Of a DNA stretch of 45,882 nucleotides, positions 9,061-16,506 are shown one piece after another. The stretch spans positions 1 through 45,882 of the forward strand of contig JAADEL010000030.1 in NCBI GenBank assembly GCA_013153395.1, written 5' to 3'. The translations under genes and the position numbers were made by a program. Under the pieces are notes generated by a model that worked only from the letters and a program-made list of their open reading frames with translations, had not been told where the DNA came from and did no database searches. The DNA is from Candidatus Micrarchaeota archaeon. Its GTDB lineage: Archaea; Micrarchaeota; Micrarchaeia; Anstonellales; J096. Position 1 is the first letter of the stretch. Each line of letters starts with the position of its first letter.

Positions 9061-9354
9061 ATGCGCAAACAGATCTTCCAACCTCCAACCCCACTGCCTA
9101 AGGTAAGCTGGGAGAGATTTCACGAGAGAAAACCCCGTTCTCCATCTCAGCAAAAAAGAGAGGAAAAGAAACTTCCTAGTCCGCCTCCTCTTTCTCGCGA
9201 GGAAAAGCTCCTGGTAGGAGGAATAGTAGGTGGAATAAACGCATTGGTAGTAGGAGGAGTGGCTGCCTTCATGATGGGACCTGTGGCCGCTTTAGGCGTA
9301 GGTTTGCTAGGAGGAGCAGCTACCGCCCTAATAACCTACTATTTAGTCCAATAA
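9061..9354 (+). CDS. Orphan small membrane protein (Pro/Lys-rich N-terminus, Gly/Ala-rich TM hairpin); probable paralog of 12001-12303
   Basis: 97-aa ORF with TATA (TTTATATG, 9032-9039) 21 nt upstream; shares the W[ED]RxxERxPR motif. Confidence 0.75.
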   Translation: MRKQIFQPPTPLPKVSWERFHERKPRSPSQQKREEKKLPSPPPLSREEKLLVGGIVGGINALVVGGVAAFMMGPVAALGVGLLGGAATALITYYLVQ

Positions 9355-9360
9355 AAAATG

Positions 9361-9465
9361 TGCCGAGGGGGGGACTTGAACCCCCGACCTCCAGATCCCC
9401 CAGGCCAGACACCGGATTAGTCCTACTTATGAGTCTGGCGCTCTAGCCTCCTGAGCTACCTCGGC
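9361..9465 (-). tRNA. tRNA-Met(CAT), probably elongator, with 31-nt intron at 37/38 (9397-9427)
   Basis: GCCGAGG acceptor stem (G1:C72, not initiator A1:U72); CCAGA-CT-CAT-A[intron]A-TCTGG; BHB central helix CUCA/UGGG. Confidence 0.92.
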
Positions 9466-9517
9466 TTAGTTCTATATAAGAAGAAAAGGTTTTTAATGAT
9501 TTCATTTAGGGTTAATT

Positions 9518-10120
9518 GTGAAGAAAATACAGGAGCTGATTGAAAGGCATCAACCTTTTTATCAAAAGGAGTTAAGAGCTCTTCTAGAACGAATGAAAGA
9601 AAACAAGAATGGTGCAATGTTAGAAGTGGCCCGTTTTCACATCTTCTTACTAGGGAATGTACCCAAGGAAGCAAGCATTACCCAGGCAATGCTCGAGGAA
9701 TATGACCTTATGCCCACCCTCCAAGTACTGGTGAAGAAAAGGGCAACGGTGGGCGAGTGGGCAAGGGCGCTCTATCTCTTAGACTATTTCAACAATCCTC
9801 ATAAGGCTCCTTCTCTCCATCTAGCCCCTGCCGAACGCTACACCTTGCTAAAGCTTCCAAAGAGATACATCAATGAGCACGAGATAAATGCCCTTTTGTA
9901 TCAGCATGTGAATGCTACTCTTGCTCTCGCTCATGTGGCCTTAGCTCCTATGTTTCCTGTATATGAGGCACCTTCTTTATTCTCTCTTATGCCCAAGCAG
10001 CCCGATGTTATAAAGGCGTTGTTTTTAGAGGAGGTAAAAAACTGGACCCATGAAACCGAAGAGGAGGTTCAAAAAATGGCTGTGATTTATGGAAGGGCAC
10101 AAAAAATAAAAAGAATCTAA
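9518..10120 (+). CDS. Hypothetical protein (orphan)
   Basis: 200-aa ORF with GTG start 20 nt after a TATA shared with tRNA-Met; ends convergent with gdhA. Confidence 0.7.
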   Translation: MKKIQELIERHQPFYQKELRALLERMKENKNGAMLEVARFHIFLLGNVPKEASITQAMLEEYDLMPTLQVLVKKRATVGEWARALYLLDYFNNPHKAPSLHLAPAERYTLLKLPKRYINEHEINALLYQHVNATLALAHVALAPMFPVYEAPSLFSLMPKQPDVIKALFLEEVKNWTHETEEEVQKMAVIYGRAQKIKRI

Positions 10121-11277
10121 CAACGTAGCTTCTCGGCCTTTTCTATTCTTTCTACCGCCTTTCTTAGGGCATTCTCCCTCATTTTCTTAGGATCTTGGGC
10201 ATAGAGCTCCTTAAACACCTTGAGCACGAGAGAGGCAAGCTTCTCCTTCATAGCCTCTTCGCTGTGGAAGTTTCCTGATAGGTTGTAGGTCCATTCCAGA
10301 TAGCTTCCAATAACACCTCCTGAGTTGGCCAAGATATCAGGAACAATGGTTCCTTTTACGAGGTCATCTGCATCCGGAGCTATAGGTCCATTAGCAAGCT
10401 CCACAATCCATCTTGCCTTTACGTCCTCGGCGTTCTTGGTGGTTATCTGGTTCTCTAGGGCTGCTGGCACCAAGATATCCACATCCAGAGTAAGCAACTC
10501 TTCATTGGAAATGTGCTGAGTGCCGGGATAATCGGCCAAGGTCTTATGCTCTTTCTTGTAATCCAGCACCTTCTGAGCATCCAGACCCTCAGGCTGGTAG
10601 ATAGCTCCTTTGCTATCTGAGATTGCCACTACCTTATACCCGGCTTCTTGGAGCAAGCGGGCAAGGTTTCCTCCTGCATTTCCTGCTCCCTGAATGGCCA
10701 CGGTGGGTGCTTTTCCCTCTATCTTCCTTATCTCCTCGATAATCACAAATCCACCATAAGAGGTAGAATACTGTCTCAAAGGAATGCCTCCTAGCTCTAT
10801 AGGTTTTCCGGTAAAGGTGGCAGGAGCATGGGTATTGGTTACCCTTTCATAGGCATCCAGCATCCAGGCCATTACCTGAGGATTGGTGTTAACATCAGGG
10901 GCGGGAATATCCTTCCAAGGGCCGAACATATCATGGAAGGCAACCGCATACTTCTTGGAGAGCTTTTTATATTGCTCGCGGGTAAGGGTTTTTGGGTCTA
11001 CCTTAAGACCACCTTTGGCTCCTCCGTAGGGAAGGCCCATCAAGGAGTTCTTGAGGCTCATGGTCATTGCTAGGAACTTTACCTCTTCTTCATTAACATC
11101 AGGGTGGAAGCGGATTCCTCCTTTGCTAGGCCCAAGGGCATCGTTGTGGATAATGCGATAGGCTTGATACTTCTGTCCGTCCATCTCTATAACTGCACTT
11201 CGGACTGTTTTCCAGTTCATCAAAAGCTGAGTATTGAGGCCCAGCTCCTCAAACCTCTTTCTAAACTTCTCTATCAT
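10117..11277 (-). CDS. gdhA: Glu/Leu/Phe/Val family glutamate dehydrogenase
   Basis: GPSKGGIRFHP, GGAKGG, DIPAPDVNT, IQGAGNAG, ELANGP, PDILANSGGV motifs. Confidence 0.95.
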   Translation of the reverse strand: MIEKFRKRFEELGLNTQLLMNWKTVRSAVIEMDGQKYQAYRIIHNDALGPSKGGIRFHPDVNEEEVKFLAMTMSLKNSLMGLPYGGAKGGLKVDPKTLTREQYKKLSKKYAVAFHDMFGPWKDIPAPDVNTNPQVMAWMLDAYERVTNTHAPATFTGKPIELGGIPLRQYSTSYGGFVIIEEIRKIEGKAPTVAIQGAGNAGGNLARLLQEAGYKVVAISDSKGAIYQPEGLDAQKVLDYKKEHKTLADYPGTQHISNEELLTLDVDILVPAALENQITTKNAEDVKARWIVELANGPIAPDADDLVKGTIVPDILANSGGVIGSYLEWTYNLSGNFHSEEAMKEKLASLVLKVFKELYAQDPKKMRENALRKAVERIEKAEKLRC

Positions 11278-11309
11278 GCCATGTTTTAATCCCTAAAGGC
11301 TTTTTAAAT

Positions 11310-11963
11310 CTAATAGTAGCCCCAATCTGACAATTCCTCCTTTAAACTACCCAAAGGTGGAAGGGATACAAAAGAGAATTTTTCAACAGGTACTAAGTAA
11401 GGACCTTCTCCTGGCACAATACCCTTAAGCTCTTTCGCTACTTTTTCTTTACCTTGAATTAGGTTGCGATACTCTTGCAGTATGGAGAGAGGATTATCAG
11501 GAGTAAACATAGATCCTAAAATAATACTCCTTATTGGATGGCAACATCCATAAACACTCAAGATAGAGAACCATTCTTTTCCATCATGCCCATGAGGAAC
11601 GTAAAATCTAACTCTCTGCAGATCCTTTAACATACCTTCTTCTGCTGAAAAGATAGGTATTTGATTTTTTACACTCATCTGATAAGCTTGATAAGCATGC
11701 ATCAAGTTATACACCACCGTCTCCATGGTTACGGCGGTAGGATGTAAAACTACAGTATGAGTAGTAGGATCATATTGGCTACGACCTAATATAGTGGAGA
11801 ATTTTTTTCCTTGGAATTCCTTATCTATTTTCCAGGAGAGTGTGGAAAGAAGATCCTGCAAAGTAGGATTCTTGATATTTTTTTCCAATTTATGAATAAA
11901 ATGTTTTAGCTTTTTGGTTGCTTCTTCTATTTGAACGTCCGTTACAACCTTCCTTTTCCTCAT
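11310..11963 (-). CDS. Hypothetical protein, possible inactive zincin-like fold
   Basis: 217-aa ORF, TATA 23 nt upstream. GRSQYDP...TVVYNLMHAYQ resembles GxY...TxxHExxHAxQ. Confidence 0.65.
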   Translation of the reverse strand: MRKRKVVTDVQIEEATKKLKHFIHKLEKNIKNPTLQDLLSTLSWKIDKEFQGKKFSTILGRSQYDPTTHTVVLHPTAVTMETVVYNLMHAYQAYQMSVKNQIPIFSAEEGMLKDLQRVRFYVPHGHDGKEWFSILSVYGCCHPIRSIILGSMFTPDNPLSILQEYRNLIQGKEKVAKELKGIVPGEGPYLVPVEKFSFVSLPPLGSLKEELSDWGYY

Positions 11964-12000
11964 AATCTACTATATGTGGGAAAAAGTATAAAAATGTGTA

Positions 12001-12303
12001 TTATTGCGAGAAAAAGTGCTCGTCAATCTTCATCTTTGTTAAAAGGCCTACTCCACCTCCGATCACCAGGGCAGGAACGATGGCGGCTGGGCCTAGGGCA
12101 ATAAGGAGACCGGCTGCAACCGCTAAGCCGCTGGCATAAGGAGCTGCCTTAGCCCAAGTAGGAAGAGAGGGTGCCTCTTTCTCCACGAAAGGAGCGGATT
12201 TAACAGGAGGATGCTCTATCTTTCTTGGGACCCTTTCCTTCATCCTATCCCAATGGGGACGGGGACCTATGATATCTATCTCCTTCCTCACCCGCTTCTG
12301 CAT
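12001..12303 (-). CDS. Orphan small membrane protein; probable paralog of 9061-9354
   Basis: ATG 12303 (MQKRVRKEI) lies 23 nt from a TATA shared with tRNA-Val; WDRMKERVPR motif; Gly/Ala-rich hairpin with GP turn. Confidence 0.75.
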   Translation of the reverse strand: MQKRVRKEIDIIGPRPHWDRMKERVPRKIEHPPVKSAPFVEKEAPSLPTWAKAAPYASGLAVAAGLLIALGPAAIVPALVIGGGVGLLTKMKIDEHFFSQ

Positions 12304-12359
12304 AGTGGATATAAACAAGTAAGGAATTTAAAAAGTTTCTCTCACATAAAGGATAGGAA

Positions 12360-12432
12360 GGGCCCGTGGTCGAAGGGCTAAGACGCCACCTTGACACGGT
12401 GGAGATTCCAGGTTCGAGTCCTGGCGGGCCCA
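12360..12432 (+). tRNA. tRNA-Val(GAC)
   Basis: GGGCCCG acceptor stem, CCACC-TT-GAC-AC-GGTGG anticodon arm, CCAGG-TTCGAGT-CCTGG T arm. Confidence 0.97.
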
Positions 12433-12461
12433 TTTTTAAACATATTCTCTCCCATACTACC

Positions 12462-12875
12462 ATGCTCCTAACCAAACGCAACCATGAGCTTTATAACACC
12501 CTTGTTGAGCTTAGGGCAAGTGTTTGGGAAAAAACCAAGACCAACTATCCTATATATAGGCTTTCTGAGCTTATCACCTACTTCCGCCAACCTTTCTCGG
12601 TAGATCCTGAACATCATTTTTTCCTCAACCATGTTTTAAGCAACATGAGCCCAGGCGAGAAGGAGCGGTGGAGGAACATCTTTGCTCGCTTTAATGAGGC
12701 TGAAATAGAGTTGATGAAAAGTGTGCTAGAATCTTTGGGAGGGGGAATAAACGAAAGGCCCTATGTACGTTACAGGGGTTTTGGAGCTGAGACAACAGCA
12801 GCTAGCCTTTTGAGGTACGCCTTGACTTCGGATGATCCTTTCCCCATCTCACAATCAAAGCATGATACTCTTTGA
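12462..12875 (+). CDS. Hypothetical protein (orphan, 137 aa)
   Basis: ATG 21 nt after TTTTTAAA (12433-12440). The longer ORF in the track runs through the tRNA. The 3' end overlaps the EndoIII-like gene by 74 bp. Confidence 0.6.
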   Translation: MLLTKRNHELYNTLVELRASVWEKTKTNYPIYRLSELITYFRQPFSVDPEHHFFLNHVLSNMSPGEKERWRNIFARFNEAEIELMKSVLESLGGGINERPYVRYRGFGAETTAASLLRYALTSDDPFPISQSKHDTL

Positions 12876-13395
12876 AGATATCCACATCTCGCGGTAGGTT
12901 CCTTTCAAAGAACTCCCTATATTCATCGTAGTCTTTTCCTTCAAACAGCCCAAAGTGCTTGCAAAACCTCCTTGTATAAGCATCAATCACAAATATAGGC
13001 TTATGAAAGGCATAAAGCACGATGGAGTCGGCAGTCTCCTTTCCTATGCCTTTTACCCGGAGAAAATGCTCTCTTAGCTTCCTCCTGTCCCAATCAGGAT
13101 TGGCCTCCAAAAAGGCCTTTGTCATCAGCTTCAGTCTCTCTGCCTTTTGATTGTAATATCCCGAGGGCCTTATCAGCTCCTTTATCTTTTCCAAGGGTGC
13201 CTCCAGCATTGCTTTAGGCGTTAGGAGGTTTGCTTTCTTGAGATTGGCTATGGCCTTTTCCACATTCTTCCAGTTGGTGTTTTGGGTTAAAATGGCACCT
13301 ACCGCCATCTCATAAGGACTATCGGCTGGCCACCAGCCTTGAGGCCCATATCTCTCTAAGAGCGTTTTATATAGCTCATAAACCTTTTTCTCCAT
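12802..13395 (-). CDS. Endonuclease III-related HhH-GPD DNA glycosylase (MJ1434-like)
   Basis: YGPQGWWP, GAILTQNTNWKNVEKA, VKGIGKETADSI, VIDAYTRR, EYHALIV motifs. Confidence 0.9.
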   Translation of the reverse strand: MEKKVYELYKTLLERYGPQGWWPADSPYEMAVGAILTQNTNWKNVEKAIANLKKANLLTPKAMLEAPLEKIKELIRPSGYYNQKAERLKLMTKAFLEANPDWDRRKLREHFLRVKGIGKETADSIVLYAFHKPIFVIDAYTRRFCKHFGLFEGKDYDEYREFFERNLPRDVDIFKEYHALIVRWGKDHPKSRRTSKG

Positions 13396-14012
13396 CCCTT
13401 TACCACCCTAATAGCCCGGTAAATGGTTTTGGTAGAGCGATGAGGATAAGCAGTATAAAACCTTGCTTTTTCTAATGCCTTCAAGAACTCCTTAGGACTC
13501 TCCAAATCAAAATCAGGGAGCTCTATTCTTGTGAGGCCGAGCTCATTGAAGAAATGGGCATCGGTGCCTACTGCCTTCAAGGCATCCTTAAAAAGCTCCT
13601 GCGTTCTCTGGTTGATTTCAGGAGGGGTTTTTGCGTTAAAGATCTCCACCACATCCGCCTTCCTTGCCCACTCTTCACCCATCGCAAACCTTTCAAAATC
13701 CAGGGGGTGAGGCGCATACACAATCCCGCCTTGCTCCCTTATCCTATCGAAAACCTCGCCTATCTCCAGGCCCTTGGGAATCTCCTCCTCCAAAAACCAG
13801 CCTATCACATCCACCTTTCTTCCTCCATCCAATGCCAGTATCTCCTCTCCCTTTATAAGGAGAATATCTTTGAGCAAAGGAATAGCTCTCATGGTGTTAT
13901 GGTCCGAGATTCCCAAAACAAGGTTGTGCTTGCGGGCATGTCTCTTGAGCAAAGGTAAAGGATTAAAATATCCATCAGAGGCAGGAGTATGGATATGGAG
14001 CTCTATCTTCAT
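13356..14012 (-). CDS. PHP-domain phosphoesterase
   Basis: LHIHTPASDG, SDHN, GEE, APHP, EIFNA, GTDAH metal-binding motifs. Confidence 0.9.
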   Translation of the reverse strand: MKIELHIHTPASDGYFNPLPLLKRHARKHNLVLGISDHNTMRAIPLLKDILLIKGEEILALDGGRKVDVIGWFLEEEIPKGLEIGEVFDRIREQGGIVYAPHPLDFERFAMGEEWARKADVVEIFNAKTPPEINQRTQELFKDALKAVGTDAHFFNELGLTRIELPDFDLESPKEFLKALEKARFYTAYPHRSTKTIYRAIRVVKGWRKRFMSYIKRS

Positions 14013-14863
14013 TTTACCTCTAGCTTTAGGCCATCATGGGCGAGGATTACCTCTCCTTGAAAGTATCTTTTGGCCTCTTGGATAAGCTCTTCTTCAGGCA
14101 CCTTATCATACCGAGAGCTTATATGGGTGAGCACCAGGGTTTTTACCCCTGCTTTTTGGGCAATACGGGCAGCATCCGCTATGGTGGAGTGTTTTTTCTG
14201 AATGGCATCTTGTTGGTCGGCTTCCCGAAAGGTAGCCTCATGGATGAGTAAATCTGCTCCCTTTATCTCTTCCACAATGGCCTCATAATACATTGTATCT
14301 CCAGTATATGCCACCTTGAGACCGGGCTTAAGATAGCTTACCTCATCTATGGAAACCTCTTTTCCTCCCACTACCGCATACCCATAGCGTTTAAAGGAGA
14401 TAAAATGCCGGGGCTCCAAGCCCTTTATTTTCTCAGGAATAAACTTCCGGCGGGGAGCTTGCTCAAACACAAACCCATAACTCCCTCCAATATGCTTTAC
14501 CCTAAAGGCCCTTATCTCAAAATCCTCACCTTGATAAACCTTGCCCGACCTAATCTGCTTTACCGGAATATCGTTTATCAGAGGGAAGCCTTTGGGAGCA
14601 TAGACCTGGGGCATCTCAGGCAGATTCTGCATCTTCAGGGTCTCCCACAGCCCATAGAGACCCAGAAAATGGTCTAGATGCAAATGAGATATAAATATAC
14701 CATCAATCCCAAATCCCAGCTTATGCTTTAGGAGCTGCCTCTGGGCACACTCTCCCACGTCCCAGAGAAAAAGCTGACCTTTATATCTTAAGGCAATGGC
14801 AGGCAGGCCCCTTTTGAGGGTGGGCGCTCCCGCCGAGGTTCCTAAGAAAAAAACCTCAATCAT
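14009..14863 (-). CDS. rnz: Ribonuclease Z
   Basis: FLGTSAGAPT, HLHLDH, YTGDT, HEATF, HST, THISSRY motifs and a flexible-arm insert. Confidence 0.95.
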   Translation of the reverse strand: MIEVFFLGTSAGAPTLKRGLPAIALRYKGQLFLWDVGECAQRQLLKHKLGFGIDGIFISHLHLDHFLGLYGLWETLKMQNLPEMPQVYAPKGFPLINDIPVKQIRSGKVYQGEDFEIRAFRVKHIGGSYGFVFEQAPRRKFIPEKIKGLEPRHFISFKRYGYAVVGGKEVSIDEVSYLKPGLKVAYTGDTMYYEAIVEEIKGADLLIHEATFREADQQDAIQKKHSTIADAARIAQKAGVKTLVLTHISSRYDKVPEEELIQEAKRYFQGEVILAHDGLKLEVK

Positions 14864-15993
14864 GAAATGGCCACTATCTTCACATGCTTAGGTAGTTGAG
14901 GAATAGCCCCAATCTTGTTCACTCCTATAACCTTGGCCTGCTTCTGGAGCAAGAGGCTGAGCAACCTTGGCGTCAATATCACATCTCCGTAGAACTCCTC
15001 GATGTTGTCTATCTTCTCAAGCTCCTTTAACACATAGCGGGAGGCAATCTCCTTTGTTCCCTTCTTGGTTATGATTTTGGTGGTGTTGGTTCCTACCATC
15101 TCCTGGACCTTTTGCTTGATCTCTTCATCGGAGATCTGAGGGGCCTTTTCCTCCTGAGTTTGCTGCTCTTCTGGTGGATGGAACTCCACCTTATTCCGTA
15201 AGGCCTTGATGATTTCCTTTCGTGTGAGCTCTTCTACCTCTTTTCCTTCAGGCGCCTTGGCTATGTAGTCAATCTCCACCCCTGCGCTTATCAAGTTCTT
15301 TAGAATCATGGAGGCACCGCTATCTCCGTCCAAGAACACAGTCACTGTTTTCTTTTTGCTTAGCTCCACTATGGAGGCAGGCACCTTGTTAGCCCCTCCA
15401 ATAGACACCACGTTATAGATATCGGCCTTTACTAGGTTGATTACATCGGCTCTACCCTCTACCAAGATAATCTCATCATAGGTATCAAAGCCTTTTACTG
15501 CCGGCAATCTCTCAGGTCCGTATTCGATGATTTGGTCCTCTGCAGCCAATGAGATAAGCTCCGCTAGCAGCTCCTTTGTATCAGGAAGCTCTGTATTGAT
15601 GAGCTGGCGATAGTACTGCTTGGCCTTTTCCACTATCTTTATGCGCTTCTCTTTTCGGGTATCCTCGATGCGGTCTATGTTGACTTTGGCAGCATAAGGT
15701 CCTACTCGCTCCACTGCCTCGATAGATGCGGCAATCAAAGCAGTCTCGATAGCGTTCAATCCTGAAGGGATCTTTATGCTCCCAAAGGTGCGGTTGCCCT
15801 TTACGTTGGCAACCACCTCTATCCTTCCTAGCTTACCGTTGTTTACCAAGGTTCTTATGTCAAGCTCAGGTCCTAGAAGACCTTCGGTCTGTCCGAAGAT
15901 TGCACCCACGATGTCATTCTGCGTAACCTGTCCTCCTACCTCTATATGTGCATATACAATATACTTGGTTGAATCAAGATAGGTCTTTGCCAT
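14860..15993 (-). CDS. dnaG: Archaeal DnaG (TOPRIM; exosome-associated)
   Basis: DIVGAIFGQTEGLLG, VEGRADV, FLDGD, GKEVEEL motifs; SD GAGGTGA. Confidence 0.95.
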   Translation of the reverse strand: MAKTYLDSTKYIVYAHIEVGGQVTQNDIVGAIFGQTEGLLGPELDIRTLVNNGKLGRIEVVANVKGNRTFGSIKIPSGLNAIETALIAASIEAVERVGPYAAKVNIDRIEDTRKEKRIKIVEKAKQYYRQLINTELPDTKELLAELISLAAEDQIIEYGPERLPAVKGFDTYDEIILVEGRADVINLVKADIYNVVSIGGANKVPASIVELSKKKTVTVFLDGDSGASMILKNLISAGVEIDYIAKAPEGKEVEELTRKEIIKALRNKVEFHPPEEQQTQEEKAPQISDEEIKQKVQEMVGTNTTKIITKKGTKEIASRYVLKELEKIDNIEEFYGDVILTPRLLSLLLQKQAKVIGVNKIGAIPQLPKHVKIVAIS

Positions 15994-16006
15994 TTTCTCA
16001 CCTCAT

Positions 16007-16070
16007 AAAAAGGGCCGAGTAGTGTTGACCGAGTCCTTCACCCACATCCGGCCGGCCATCCCTACTCGGC
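16007..16070 (-). ncRNA. GC-rich structured element between the CBS gene and dnaG (hairpin plus U tract)
   Basis: 9-bp perfect stem 16014-16022/16062-16070, inner stem TGGCCG/CGGTCA, followed by TTTTT on the minus strand and then the dnaG SD. Confidence 0.5.
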
Positions 16071-16487
16071 TTCCAGTTTTGCCTTTTCTTCCACCAACTC
16101 AATGATAGATGGAAGGATGTTGAGTATGTCGTTTTTGGTAATGATCCCTGCCAGGTAGCCCTCTTTGGTAATCACTACCATCCTATCTACCTTATGCCTG
16201 GTCATAGCCTTGAGAGCCTCTTCTAACTCCGTCTCTGGGAATACCACAATCAAAGGAGCGCTCATCACCTCCTTCAAAGCTAAGGTATAGGGCTTTCCCT
16301 CTGCTACCACTCTTCTTACGATGTCTCCCTCTGTAATTATGCCCTTTGCCTCTTTTCCCTCAATCACTACCACTGACCCTATCTTTTTATCTCTCATAAG
16401 CTGAGCGGCTGCCTGGACAGTATCATCCACATTCAAGGTGTAAACATGCTTTTTTGCCAAATCACCTACAGTTAAACCGGTTGACAT
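16062..16487 (-). CDS. Tandem CBS-domain protein
   Basis: IGSVVV..GIITEGDIV and AGIITKNDIL CBS pair. Confidence 0.92.
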   Translation of the reverse strand: MSTGLTVGDLAKKHVYTLNVDDTVQAAAQLMRDKKIGSVVVIEGKEAKGIITEGDIVRRVVAEGKPYTLALKEVMSAPLIVVFPETELEEALKAMTRHKVDRMVVITKEGYLAGIITKNDILNILPSIIELVEEKAKLEAE

Positions 16488-16506
16488 GTTTTTATATAGG
16501 GGTTTG

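Noticed and set aside
12366..12461. N-terminal extension of ORF 12366-12875
   Set aside because: It overlaps tRNA-Val(GAC); ATG 12462 fits the TATA spacing.
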